Assembly: GCA_021159335.1 (NCBI GenBank) | Contig: JAGGRZ010000085.1 | Span: 1 to 59,674, forward strand | DNA from: a bacterium | GTDB lineage: Bacteria > UBP14 > UBA6098 > B30-G16 | Direction: 5' to 3' | DNA length: 59,674 nucleotides | Shown: positions 1-8,773 of the stretch, one piece after another | Layout: every line of letters starts with the position of its first letter | How positions within the stretch are numbered: position 1 is the first letter of the stretch | Position numbers and translations under genes: made by a program | The notes under the pieces: model-generated | Seen by the model: only the letters and a program-made list of their open reading frames with translations | Databases searched by the model: none | Told to the model about the DNA's origin: nothing

Positions 1-485
1 CAATTAATGCTGATACATTTGATATATCGGCACCTGAATTGATCTATTTCCCGCCGGCTTCACTGCTAATATTCTCTCCATCGATACCTTGGGATTCAGC
101 GAAAGGCTATTGGGTTTGCATTGATAGCATTTCTGACACTATAGGTACTTTACCCGATTCTTTACCCCTTTGCTTCAGCTTCAACGGCGCGACAACCGCA
201 GTATATGAGCCCCCCAAACCCCGCACTCTCTCCCTCACCTGCTACCCAAATCCTTTCAACGCTGAGGTGAGAATAAAACTTCGCATGCCCAATGCCGGCG
301 ATGCCAAAATCGATATATACGACATTTCGGGAAAGCTTATTGATCATATACACAAATCCAAGCTTACCGCTGGCTGGCATGAGCTGGTCTGGCGCCCCGA
401 AGTTAGCGTGCCGTCGGGGGTTTATTTGCTCAGGGTTAGTGTCGGTGGCGAGGCGGTGGTGAGAAGAGTGGTGCTGGTGAGGTGA
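1..485 (+). CDS. Secreted protein, C-terminal fragment (5' end outside window) ending in a T9SS-type (Por_Secre_tail / FlgD-Ig-like) C-terminal sorting domain
   Basis: The reading frame is open from nt 3, so the TTG at 39 in the ORF track is probably internal. The tail LTCYPNPFNAEVRIKLRMP..AKIDIYDISGKLI..HELVWRP..PSGVYLLRV..RVVLVR matches the C-terminal domain shared by six other proteins in this window. Confidence 0.75.
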   Translation, partial: INADTFDISAPELIYFPPASLLIFSPSIPWDSAKGYWVCIDSISDTIGTLPDSLPLCFSFNGATTAVYEPPKPRTLSLTCYPNPFNAEVRIKLRMPNAGDAKIDIYDISGKLIDHIHKSKLTAGWHELVWRPEVSVPSGVYLLRVSVGGEAVVRRVVLVR

Positions 486-557
486 AATGGTTGTGCCCTA
501 CCTATTTCCTGTTGCAAACCATCCCGATATAGCTTAATTTCCAGTTGGAGGTGTGCG

Positions 558-2117
558 ATGAGTTATCTCGTTCTGGCACGAAAGTGGCGACCTAAAACCT
601 TTGATGAGGTTATAGGACAGGACCACATAACGAACATGCTAAGGCGCGCCATCGAGCAGGGACGCATCGGCCACGCATACCTTTTTACCGGACCGCGAGG
701 CGTGGGGAAAACAACCACCGCGAGAATATTCGCTAAGGCACTCAATTGCGAAAGCTACGATAAACCAACACCAACACCCTGCAACAAATGCCCATCCTGC
801 ATAGAAATAAACGAGGGAAGGTCCCCGGATGTGCTGGAAATAGACGGAGCATCCAACAGAAGCGTCGAGGATGCCCGCGAACTGAGAAACCACATAGTTT
901 ACGCGCCGAATGGGCGGTATAAAGTCATAATAATCGATGAGGTACACATGCTCACCACTGAAGCGTTCAACACGCTGCTCAAAACTCTCGAGGAACCGCC
1001 CTCCAATGTGGTGTTCATATTCGCCACCACCGAACCTCACAAAGTTCTGCCCACCATAAAATCACGATGTCAACAACTCGATTTCAAGCGTGTCCCTGCA
1101 GCTCTCATAGCGGAACACATCAAAAAAATAGCCGATGCTGAGGGGTACTCACTGTCGAAAGAAGCCGCCGAACTTATAACTATGCGCGCTGATGGCTCCG
1201 TTCGCGATGCCTTATCGATGCTCGACCAGCTAATGGCTTTTGCCCCCGAAGGCAAAATAACTCAGGATGATGCAGCATATCTTCTCGGAATAATGCCCGC
1301 TAAATCGTTCAGCAAAATCGCCGGCGCGATAGGAAGCAAAAATCCGTCAGTAATGATTAACGAACTTTCAGCCCTTCTTGAGGCAGGCTTCGACACTCTA
1401 CAAATAGCTAAAGGCCTCGTGGAACACTTCAGAAATGCACTTCTCGCAAAATCTGGCGCACTGCCCAAAGACATTCCAAACCGCGAATTATATCAACAAA
1501 TAGCGAAAAAATTCTCATCATACGACCTTCTGAGATTCCTGAGAATAATTACCGACACATTCTCACGAATGAACAGAACTGACATTCCCCGGTTCATACT
1601 CGAGCAAACCCTCGTGTACCTCGCAATGATAGACGAGGTCGTTGAGATAAAAAAGCTGATCGAAAGCTACGAGGAAAAAGCCGCTGCCGCATCCCCAGAG
1701 AAAACAACCACCGAAGCAAAAGTGGAAAAAGCCACACCAAAACCTCATAAACCACCAGAAAAGCCGGCTGAAGTCACAAAGGAAAAACCCAACAATATTC
1801 CTGAAAGAATAGTTGAAACTGTAGCGCTCCACCGAAAAACACTCGCAGCACTGCTAAGAAAAACGAAAATATCCCTGCAGCAAAGAACACTTTTCTTCGA
1901 ATTCCCCAGCACACTTGAGACAATACGCGAGGAGATGGTAGTTAACGCTGACACGATGGACTTCCTGCGAAAAATAGCCAACGAGGTGCTTGGCTTCGAG
2001 GTCCAAATAGAACTCGTCAGGGAAGGTGCGGTAAAAAAAGTGGCAACCCCAAAAAATGACTTGCCTAAAAAGGTAGTGGACATATTAACTCTTTTTGACG
2101 CTGAAATTAAAGAATAA
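558..2117 (+). CDS. dnaX: DNA polymerase III subunit gamma/tau
   Basis: LARKWRPKTFDEVIGQDHI N-terminus, Walker A GPRGVGKTT, four-Cys zinc module (NCESYDKPTPTPCNKCPSC), DEVHML Walker B and SRCQ sensor motif. GGAGG Shine-Dalgarno lies just upstream of the ATG. A Lys/Pro/Glu-rich linker precedes the C-terminal domain. Confidence 0.95.
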   Translation: MSYLVLARKWRPKTFDEVIGQDHITNMLRRAIEQGRIGHAYLFTGPRGVGKTTTARIFAKALNCESYDKPTPTPCNKCPSCIEINEGRSPDVLEIDGASNRSVEDARELRNHIVYAPNGRYKVIIIDEVHMLTTEAFNTLLKTLEEPPSNVVFIFATTEPHKVLPTIKSRCQQLDFKRVPAALIAEHIKKIADAEGYSLSKEAAELITMRADGSVRDALSMLDQLMAFAPEGKITQDDAAYLLGIMPAKSFSKIAGAIGSKNPSVMINELSALLEAGFDTLQIAKGLVEHFRNALLAKSGALPKDIPNRELYQQIAKKFSSYDLLRFLRIITDTFSRMNRTDIPRFILEQTLVYLAMIDEVVEIKKLIESYEEKAAAASPEKTTTEAKVEKATPKPHKPPEKPAEVTKEKPNNIPERIVETVALHRKTLAALLRKTKISLQQRTLFFEFPSTLETIREEMVVNADTMDFLRKIANEVLGFEVQIELVREGAVKKVATPKNDLPKKVVDILTLFDAEIKE

Positions 2118-2127
2118 AAAAATCATC

Positions 2128-2427
2128 ATGGACGAGCAGGCTGGAAAAGATACATTCTTGGGCATGGTGCAGAAACTCAAAGAGCGACTCGAGGGTATAA
2201 CTGCTGAGGGTTCTGCTGGCGGTGGCATGGTGAAAGCAGTGGTAAATGGTAAGAAGGAACTGGTAAGAATTACTATAGACCCACAGGTAGTTGACCCTAA
2301 GGATGTGGAAATGCTCCAGGACCTAATAATAGCAGCCGTCGCAGCTGCAAATAGAAACCTCGAAGAGCAAATGAAGGAAACTATAGCTGAAAGTATAGGC
2401 GACCTGGGAATAAACCTCGAATTTTAG
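2128..2427 (+). CDS. ybaB: YbaB/EbfC family nucleoid-associated DNA-binding protein
   Basis: GGGMVKAVVNGKKELVRITIDPQVVDPKDVEMLQDLIIAAV is the family signature, and the gene sits in the classic position directly after dnaX. The ORF track starts at TTG 2095 inside dnaX. ATG 2128, 10 nt after the dnaX stop, is the more likely start. Confidence 0.9.
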   Translation: MDEQAGKDTFLGMVQKLKERLEGITAEGSAGGGMVKAVVNGKKELVRITIDPQVVDPKDVEMLQDLIIAAVAAANRNLEEQMKETIAESIGDLGINLEF

Positions 2428-2452
2428 TAAAAAAGCAGAAAGAGAGGCACCC

Positions 2453-3454
2453 ATGACACACGAAAAAAAAGTGCTCCTCTCCGGAATGCAACCAACGGGA
2501 ATGCTCCATCTCGGAAACTATGAGGTGCTTAAAAACTGGGTCGAACTTCAGAATTCAGGTGAATACGAAACATACTTCACGATAGTTGATTGGCATGCGC
2601 TTACGGCACAGTATGAGGACACAAGCCAGCTTACGGAACAGATATTTCAGGTAGCCGCCGACTACCTTGCATCAGGGCTCGACCCGAAAAAATCAATTAT
2701 ATTCGTCCAATCACAGGTCAAGCAACATGCTGAACTTCATCTCCTCTTGTCAATGTTCGTGCCCATACCATGGCTTGAGCGAGTGCCATCTTACAAGGAA
2801 AAATCCAAAACTCTTGGACTCGACACCTACGGATTTCTCGGCTACCCACTCCTTCAAACAGCGGACATAATAATCTACCGCGCCGAACTCGTGCCGGTCG
2901 GAAAGGACCAGCTCCCCCATCTCGAGCTCGCACGAGAAATAGTGCGCCGATTCAATTACCTTTACGAGCCAGTATTCCCCGAGCCGCAGCCGCTAATGTC
3001 GAAACTCCCCTATGTTCCCGGTACTGATAACAGAAAAATGAGCAAATCCTACAACAACTACATTTGCATGGGCGAATCCGACGATACAATCCGCAAAAAA
3101 GTAATGAGCTATTATACCGACCCTACAAAAATCTACCGGGGTGACCCCGGCCATCCTGACACATGCCCTGTATTCGCCCTGTTAAAAATCTACGCCCCTG
3201 AGGAAACCGAAAGGATAAAGTCACAATGTGAATCTGGAGATAGGGATTGGGGGTGCGTAAAGTGTAAGAAGCTTCTCGCTGAAAGAATAATTGAAACTAT
3301 AAAACCGCTGCGCGCCCGTCGCGAAGAACTCCTCGCTGACAGGGAACAAATAAGAAGGATACTCAACGAAGGCGCCGAAAAAGCCCGCCAAAAAGCCGAG
3401 GAAACCATGAGAATCGTAAGGAAAGCTATGAAAATGTGGGATGGAATCTTTTAA
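2453..3454 (+). CDS. trpS: Tryptophan--tRNA ligase (with a C-terminal four-Cys motif)
   Basis: LLSGMQPTGMLHLGNY (HIGH-type), GYPLLQTADI and KMSKS motifs in a 333-aa class I synthetase. The protein also carries C-x20-C-x8-C-x2-C (DTCPVF...SQCESGDRDWGCVKC). Confidence 0.95.
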   Translation: MTHEKKVLLSGMQPTGMLHLGNYEVLKNWVELQNSGEYETYFTIVDWHALTAQYEDTSQLTEQIFQVAADYLASGLDPKKSIIFVQSQVKQHAELHLLLSMFVPIPWLERVPSYKEKSKTLGLDTYGFLGYPLLQTADIIIYRAELVPVGKDQLPHLELAREIVRRFNYLYEPVFPEPQPLMSKLPYVPGTDNRKMSKSYNNYICMGESDDTIRKKVMSYYTDPTKIYRGDPGHPDTCPVFALLKIYAPEETERIKSQCESGDRDWGCVKCKKLLAERIIETIKPLRARREELLADREQIRRILNEGAEKARQKAEETMRIVRKAMKMWDGIF

Positions 3455-3528
3455 CCACACCTAAATCCAAGTCTGGTGGAAATATAAGAAAAGCCCCAAC
3501 ACCAATGCTTTGTTAAAATTTTTATAAA

Positions 3529-3603
3529 TGGGCGGAAGAGGATTCGAACCTCCGACCTCCTGCTTGTAAGGCAGGCGCTCTCACCAAGCTGAGCTATCCG
3601 CCC
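3529..3603 (-). tRNA. tRNA-Val (anticodon TAC)
   Basis: The reverse complement GGGCGGATAGCTCAGCTTGGTGAGAGCGCCTGCCTTACAAGCAGGAGGTCGGAGGTTCGAATCCTCTTCCGCCCA folds as a cloverleaf. It has a 7-bp acceptor stem, GCTC/GAGC D stem, CCTGC/GCAGG anticodon stem with loop CTTACAA, and a TTCGAAT T loop. CCA is not encoded. Confidence 0.9.
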
Positions 3604-3606
3604 ATA

Positions 3607-3683
3607 TGGCGACCCCAACGGGATTTGAACCCGTGTTACAGGCTTGAAAGGCCTGTGTCCTAACCTGGCTGGACGATGGGGTC
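3607..3683 (-). tRNA. tRNA-Glu (anticodon TTC)
   Basis: The reverse complement GACCCCATCGTCCAGCCAGGTTAGGACACAGGCCTTTCAAGCCTGTAACACGGGTTCAAATCCCGTTGGGGTCGCCA folds as a cloverleaf. It has acceptor GACCCCA/TGGGGTC, anticodon stem CAGGC/GCCTG with loop CTTTCAA, and a TTCAAAT T loop. The 3' CCA is encoded. It lies 3 nt upstream of tRNA-Val on the same strand. Confidence 0.9.
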
Positions 3684-3695
3684 GTTCGCTGAAAA

Positions 3696-3723
3696 ATCTT
3701 ATGAGTGAAGCTTATTTTGTCAA
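3696..3723 (-). promoter_or_regulatory. Sigma70-like promoter for the tRNA-Glu/tRNA-Val pair
   Basis: On the minus strand: TTGACA (3723-3718), 16 nt spacer, TAAGAT (3701-3696). The -10 element ends 12 nt upstream of the tRNA-Glu 5' end. The site lies in the gap after the lepB stop. Confidence 0.45.
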
Positions 3724-3743
3724 CAAAAATCATCGCAACAAAC

Positions 3744-4394
3744 TTATCGTATTATCATCCCTATCCGCTTAAATCTTATCCTGGGAGGTATGTGAAAAAC
3801 CGCTTTGAAAAACATTTTATAGGCATCGAGTGTCGTTCTGAAGTTGTGCCGTCCCGGACCAGGGTCAACGGAAAAGTAAAGGAATAAAGGTCTTGCCTTA
3901 AGGTTCTTTCTGGGAACGGGACCCCAGAACCGCGAATCGTATGAATTATCGCGATTATCACCCATAGCAAACACACAGTTAGGCGGGACTACATAAGGAC
4001 CAAAATTGTCCCGCCGCGGGATGAAAGTCGAATCGTGCTTGGCAAGTGGTGGATCTGGAACCGGTTTACCGTTCACATACAAGACCTTATTTATTATCTG
4101 AACTGTATCTCCAGCAACTGCGACGCAGCGCTTGATAAGGTCCTTGCCCCTGAAACGCGGCTCCGGATGCTTGAAAATTATAACTTCTCCTCGACGGGGC
4201 ATCCTGAACCTATATGTAATTTTCTCCCCGAGCAGAAAATCCCCGATAAGAAGCGTATCTTCCATTGAACCCGACGGAATGTTAAACGCCTCGATAACCG
4301 TAGCCCTCAATATTAACGCTATAAGAAGCGCCAATATAAGAGTTTCCCACGATTTGGGTTTATAATATTTTTTCGCCTGCTTTCTCCTGTCCAT
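3744..4394 (-). CDS. lepB: Signal peptidase I
   Basis: N-terminal membrane anchor, catalytic Ser box IPSGSMEDTL and GDNRDNSYDSRFWG box. The start lies 3 nt after the stop of the upstream small ORF, whose 3' end supplies a GAGGTGA SD. Confidence 0.92.
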   Translation of the reverse strand: MDRRKQAKKYYKPKSWETLILALLIALILRATVIEAFNIPSGSMEDTLLIGDFLLGEKITYRFRMPRRGEVIIFKHPEPRFRGKDLIKRCVAVAGDTVQIINKVLYVNGKPVPDPPLAKHDSTFIPRRDNFGPYVVPPNCVFAMGDNRDNSYDSRFWGPVPRKNLKARPLFLYFSVDPGPGRHNFRTTLDAYKMFFKAVFHIPPRIRFKRIGMIIR

Positions 4395-4397
4395 TTT

Positions 4398-4598
4398 TCA
4401 CCTCAACATCTCAATAGTTGGTAAAAATTTTATCGCTCCATCATCAGGGACGCGATAGTCAGGAGTTTTGGGTAAACCATCAGTGCAGTCAATCGGTAAA
4501 TACTCCTCTTCAAGAAGCCCGAGTATCTCCATAATCCTTTTAACCGTCGTGCCCTTACTCCTTTCCATAACGAGCTTGTCCCCGATGTAGACCTTCAT
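4398..4598 (-). CDS. Small hypothetical protein, possibly beta-grasp (ThiS/MoaD-like) fold without a C-terminal Gly-Gly
   Basis: 66-aa ORF between lon (44-nt gap) and lepB (3-nt gap). The pattern MKVYIGDKLV..GTTVKRIMEILGL...VPDDGAIKFLPTI resembles ThiS/MoaD, but it ends ..EMLR. No clear SD precedes its ATG. Confidence 0.35.
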   Translation of the reverse strand: MKVYIGDKLVMERSKGTTVKRIMEILGLLEEEYLPIDCTDGLPKTPDYRVPDDGAIKFLPTIEMLR

Positions 4599-4642
4599 TT
4601 TATTAATTAAGCAAAAATACGCAACAATTTTTAAAGCTGAAC

Positions 4643-6973
4643 CTACTTACGCAACGACACAAGTTCCAAAACCTCATCAACCGTAGAGACTGGTATAATC
4701 TCAAGCCCCGAAAGAATTTCTGGCTTAACCTCTTTAAGGTCGTTCTCGTTAAGCTTTGGTATAACGACTCTTTTAATTCCATATCTTCTTGCCGCAAGCA
4801 GCTTTTCAGGAAGACCACCTATTTTAAGAACTCTACCCGTAAGAGTTATCTCCCCAGTCATCGCTATATCGTTTGGCAGTGGCCTCCCCGCAAGAAGCGA
4901 TGCTACCGCTGAGAAGATAGCAACCCCTGCCGACGGACCATCCTTGGGAACTGCACCCTCAGGAAAGTGGATATGTATGTCACTCTTAAGCACCTTTTCA
5001 GGGTTGAACCCAAGCACATCAGCCCTCGAGCGAACCAACGACAACGCAGCCTCGACCGATTCCTTAAGCACATCACCGAGCATGCCCGTAAACTTAGCAG
5101 TTCCCTTGCCCGGTAAAAGCAAAGCCTCAACGCGGAGTAATTCGCCGCCAAAAGAAGTCCAGGCAAGCCCCAAAGCCTCACCAGGAACTAACCTCTCAGG
5201 AATAGGAGACTCAACATACGGCGGAACACCAAGATAGTCATCCACATCGCTTTCATCTATCGTGAACTTCTTTTTCCTTGTTTTGTTGCCAGCGATTTTC
5301 ACAGCTATTTTGCGCAGGATTTCGTCTATTTTGCGTTCGAGTTCCCTTACACCCGCTTCACGAGTGTAATTGCGGATTATTCGCTTTAATGCCGCTTCGG
5401 TAAATTCAATTTTATAATTCACAAGTCCATTTCTTTTTATCGCTTTCGGCAGCAGGAAGTCACGAGCTATTATCACTTTCTCCGTTTCGAGGTAACCGGG
5501 CAACCTTAGTATCTCCATCCTATCAAGAAGGGGCTCTGGTATGCCCTGAAGTGTATTCGCTGTGGTTATGAACATAACCTGCGACAGGTCGAATGGTATC
5601 TCAATGTAGTTGTCCATAAATGTCTTATTCTGCTCCGGGTCGAGGACCTCCATAAGCGCTGCTGCCGGGTCGCCACGGTAGTCATGTCCGATCTTATCAA
5701 TCTCGTCGAGGAGAAAAACAGGATTTTTAGTGCCAGCCCGCCTTATACCCTGAATTATTTTGCCAGGCATAGCACCAATGTATGTTCTTCTATGTCCTCT
5801 TATTTCAGCCTCGTCATGCAGTCCTCCAAGCGATGCGCGAACAAACTTTCTTCCCAGCGCACGAGCAACGGATTGCGCCACCGATGTCTTGCCAACACCA
5901 GGAGGACCAACGAAGCATAAAATAGGTCCACGGGGAGAATCCGAAAGCATCATTACCGCTATATGCTCTGTTATGCGCTGTTTTATTTTCTCAAGCCCAT
6001 AATGGTCCTCATTGAGAATCCGCTCCGATTCTTTAAGGTCCTTAGAATCTTGCGATGTCTTATTCCATGGCAGTTCGAAAAGCCAATCTATATAACTTCT
6101 TATCACTCCAGCTTCGGGGGATGTTGGCGGTATTCTGGAAAGCTTCTTTATCTCCTTTAGTAGAACTTCCCTGACTTTTTCGGGATAATCTCCAGAATTA
6201 GCTCGTTGCATTAGTTCGTCTATTTCGCCCTCACTGGCACCGTATTCCTCGCCAAGCTCTCGCTTTATGGCCTCAAGTTGCTGTCTTAGGTAGAATTCGC
6301 GCTGGCTACTATCTATCATGTCCCTTACTTTAAGGTTTATCTCCCGTTTAAGCCTAAGTACATCTATCTCCCTTACCAGCATCTCAAGAAGCTTCTCAAG
6401 AAGCGTTTTAAGTGTTTCAGCCTCGAGTATTTCTTGTTTCTTTCTGAAGTCAGTGCTTATCTGAGCTGCTATAACATCCGCCATCTCCATCGGCTTCTCA
6501 ATGTTGAGGGTCTTAACCATTTCCTCGGGCATATCGGTGAGTGAAAGGTACTCCTGATATAGCTCCCGAATCTGACGCATAAGCGCTTCAACCCTGGCGT
6601 CGTTGCGGTCATACTTATAGGTGAAAGGGTAAACTATAGCAGTCATAAAGTTTCTATGTGAATTGAATCGCATTACCTTCGCTCTGTATAATCCCTCCAC
6701 AAGAAGCTTCATGGTACCGTCAGGAAGCCCCATTATCTGAATTATCTTTACAACAGTTCCCACCCTAAAAAGGTCGGCTGCGGTAGGCTCCTCTATCGCT
6801 GGTTCCTTCTGGGCAACGAGGAAAAGCGTTCTTTTACCCATAGACACATACTCAACAGCCTCAACGGAGCGCCTTCTACCTACCAATATCGATGTCACCG
6901 TGTTAGGGAAAACAACCATTCCCCGAAGCGGGACAACAGGCAATGCTGAACCTATGTTTCTAACCCTACGCAT
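4643..6973 (-). CDS. lon: ATP-dependent Lon protease
   Basis: Lon N-domain (LPVVPLRGMVVFP), AAA+ Walker A GPPGVGKTS, Walker B FLLDEIDK and protease Ser motif PKDGPSAG; 776 aa. Confidence 0.97.
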   Translation of the reverse strand: MRRVRNIGSALPVVPLRGMVVFPNTVTSILVGRRRSVEAVEYVSMGKRTLFLVAQKEPAIEEPTAADLFRVGTVVKIIQIMGLPDGTMKLLVEGLYRAKVMRFNSHRNFMTAIVYPFTYKYDRNDARVEALMRQIRELYQEYLSLTDMPEEMVKTLNIEKPMEMADVIAAQISTDFRKKQEILEAETLKTLLEKLLEMLVREIDVLRLKREINLKVRDMIDSSQREFYLRQQLEAIKRELGEEYGASEGEIDELMQRANSGDYPEKVREVLLKEIKKLSRIPPTSPEAGVIRSYIDWLFELPWNKTSQDSKDLKESERILNEDHYGLEKIKQRITEHIAVMMLSDSPRGPILCFVGPPGVGKTSVAQSVARALGRKFVRASLGGLHDEAEIRGHRRTYIGAMPGKIIQGIRRAGTKNPVFLLDEIDKIGHDYRGDPAAALMEVLDPEQNKTFMDNYIEIPFDLSQVMFITTANTLQGIPEPLLDRMEILRLPGYLETEKVIIARDFLLPKAIKRNGLVNYKIEFTEAALKRIIRNYTREAGVRELERKIDEILRKIAVKIAGNKTRKKKFTIDESDVDDYLGVPPYVESPIPERLVPGEALGLAWTSFGGELLRVEALLLPGKGTAKFTGMLGDVLKESVEAALSLVRSRADVLGFNPEKVLKSDIHIHFPEGAVPKDGPSAGVAIFSAVASLLAGRPLPNDIAMTGEITLTGRVLKIGGLPEKLLAARRYGIKRVVIPKLNENDLKEVKPEILSGLEIIPVSTVDEVLELVSLRK

Positions 6974-7086
6974 AACTCGCTTTGCTCAAGCAATAATAGC
7001 AAAATGGTCATAAAAGTCAACACAATACATCGTTATTGTTAAATAAGCGATTTGCGCAGAAAAGCAAATTGTCTATAATAGAGAAT

Positions 7087-8742
7087 GTGCGAGTAAAATT
7101 GGCTAAAAGCACTGGTTTTTGCATTGGCGTTAAACGGGCAGTAGAGCTCGTGCTACGCATAGCGGACGAACACCGCGGTAAAAAGATTTTTACGCTCGGT
7201 CCGCTCATACACAACCCACAAACCATAGCGATGCTCGAGGAAAAAGGGATAGGAGTTTTGCGCTCGCCCGACGACGCAGAGCCAAATTCTATAGTGGTCA
7301 TAAGATCGCACGGAGCACGCCCACAGGACATAGAAAAGCTTATCTCCAGAGGAGCCGAAATATTCGATGCGACATGCCCAAAAGTAGCATTAGTTCACAA
7401 GATAGTGAAAAAATTCTCCTCGCAGGGATATGCCACTATAGTTATCGGTGACCCAGACCATGCAGAAGTAATAGGCATAATGGGCGAGGCAGTTGGCGAT
7501 GTTGTAGCCGTGAACTCACCCGATGAGATAGATAAATTACCAGACTGGAATAGGGTACTTGTCGTGGCTCAGACGACGATGGACTACAGAACATTCGACC
7601 GAATAGTCGCAAAAATAAAAGAAAAGTATAAGAATGTAATAGTTAGAAATACTCTTTGTTCGGAAACATCATTTCGTCAGGACGAGGTTGAAAAGCTGAG
7701 CGAGGACTGTGATGCGTTCGTAGTTGTTGGTGGAAAAAACAGTGCTAACACCAAGCGGTTGTATAAATTAGCAAGCGAGACAGGAAAACCCACATTCTGG
7801 GTCGAAACCGCAGCCGAATTAAAGCCAGAGGATTTCACTGGCATAGACTGTGTTGCTGTCGTCGCAGGTGCATCAACTCCACACTGGATTATAGACAATG
7901 TGGTCGACAGACTCGAAGCTATAAACAGAAAATTTGCTCCACCATGGAAATGGCACTGGGTCAAAAATATTGCCTACACGGTATTAAGAAGCAATCTTTA
8001 CATGGCATTCTCAAGCTTCCTTTTTAGTCTCGCCATAAGCAGCATATTTTCCGTCCCCGAAGGCGTTTTTCGGGCGCTGATAACCTCGGCAGCAGTCTTT
8101 ACCGCGCAGAACTTCTACGAATTCCGGGAATGGCAGGGATTAGCCCTTATGGACCCAAGTAAAGTCCAATTCGTTAGAAAAAACCGAACAATACTTCTCT
8201 ATGCCTCGCATGTAGCATTAATAGTTGGAGTGGTGCTAACACTCCTTTCGGCTGTAAGGCTAAAATATCTCGTGCTCTGCGTATTCGTCCTGATGGCTAT
8301 CTATAGATGGTCAGCAAATATCGAAAGATTACTGCCCACGGCTGTTAAGGACTCCCTTCTTATAAGTGTCTGGATTTTTTTCACCTGGGCCATCGGGGGC
8401 GATTACAATCCCAAAGCGCTTGTGCCAATACTGGGCATTGCTTTGCTCCGTGCAATAGCACTTGGCCTTAAAGACCTTGAATCAGACCGCATCCTTCAAC
8501 GAAAATCGATAACCGCAAAACTTGGGGAACATGCCACTCTAAGACTCAATTTCTCCATATTTCTTTTGGCGATGATTTCAACTCTGGCATTAGGTCCGCG
8601 TCAATTGTGGCTCGTTCTAGGATACATAATGCTCTCTGCTATTTCGGTTCTCATCTACAAAAAGGTGCTATGGAAAAGCACATACATAGAAACACTTCTC
8701 GATGGCATAATAATCGCAATATCCATTGGTATTCTCGCCTAA
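7087..8742 (+). CDS. ispH: 4-hydroxy-3-methylbut-2-enyl diphosphate reductase (IspH/LytB) fused to a C-terminal ~9-helix UbiA-like membrane domain
   Basis: IspH motifs GFCIGVKRAV, IRSHG, DATCPKV, AQTT, NTLCSET, VVGGKNSANTKRL and GASTPHW. After ~290 aa the ORF continues through about nine hydrophobic helices, with KDLESDRILQRKSITAKLG after helix 6. The ORF track starts at TTG 7036. A perfect TATAAT at 7074-7079 (with TTGCGC 16 nt upstream) lies inside that extension, which favours GTG 7087 (MRVKLAKSTGFC..) as the start. Confidence 0.85.
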   Translation: MRVKLAKSTGFCIGVKRAVELVLRIADEHRGKKIFTLGPLIHNPQTIAMLEEKGIGVLRSPDDAEPNSIVVIRSHGARPQDIEKLISRGAEIFDATCPKVALVHKIVKKFSSQGYATIVIGDPDHAEVIGIMGEAVGDVVAVNSPDEIDKLPDWNRVLVVAQTTMDYRTFDRIVAKIKEKYKNVIVRNTLCSETSFRQDEVEKLSEDCDAFVVVGGKNSANTKRLYKLASETGKPTFWVETAAELKPEDFTGIDCVAVVAGASTPHWIIDNVVDRLEAINRKFAPPWKWHWVKNIAYTVLRSNLYMAFSSFLFSLAISSIFSVPEGVFRALITSAAVFTAQNFYEFREWQGLALMDPSKVQFVRKNRTILLYASHVALIVGVVLTLLSAVRLKYLVLCVFVLMAIYRWSANIERLLPTAVKDSLLISVWIFFTWAIGGDYNPKALVPILGIALLRAIALGLKDLESDRILQRKSITAKLGEHATLRLNFSIFLLAMISTLALGPRQLWLVLGYIMLSAISVLIYKKVLWKSTYIETLLDGIIIAISIGILA

Positions 8743-8773
8743 CTTATGCGCGAATCTTAGCCCTGTTCATTGA

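Noticed and set aside
2033-2040. A_AAA_AAA_G slippery heptamer in frame in dnaX (and an A7 run at 1122-1128), considered as a gamma-subunit frameshift site
   Set aside because: The in-frame slippery site lies only ~25 codons before the natural stop, and the -1 frame terminates after ~12 codons. It could not generate a functionally distinct gamma. The A7 run at 1122-1128 is not in X_XXY_YYZ register and would truncate inside the AAA+ module.
3705-3887. 60-aa plus-strand ORF
   Set aside because: It overlaps the tRNA promoter region and the 3' end of lepB on the opposite strand. It has no SD.
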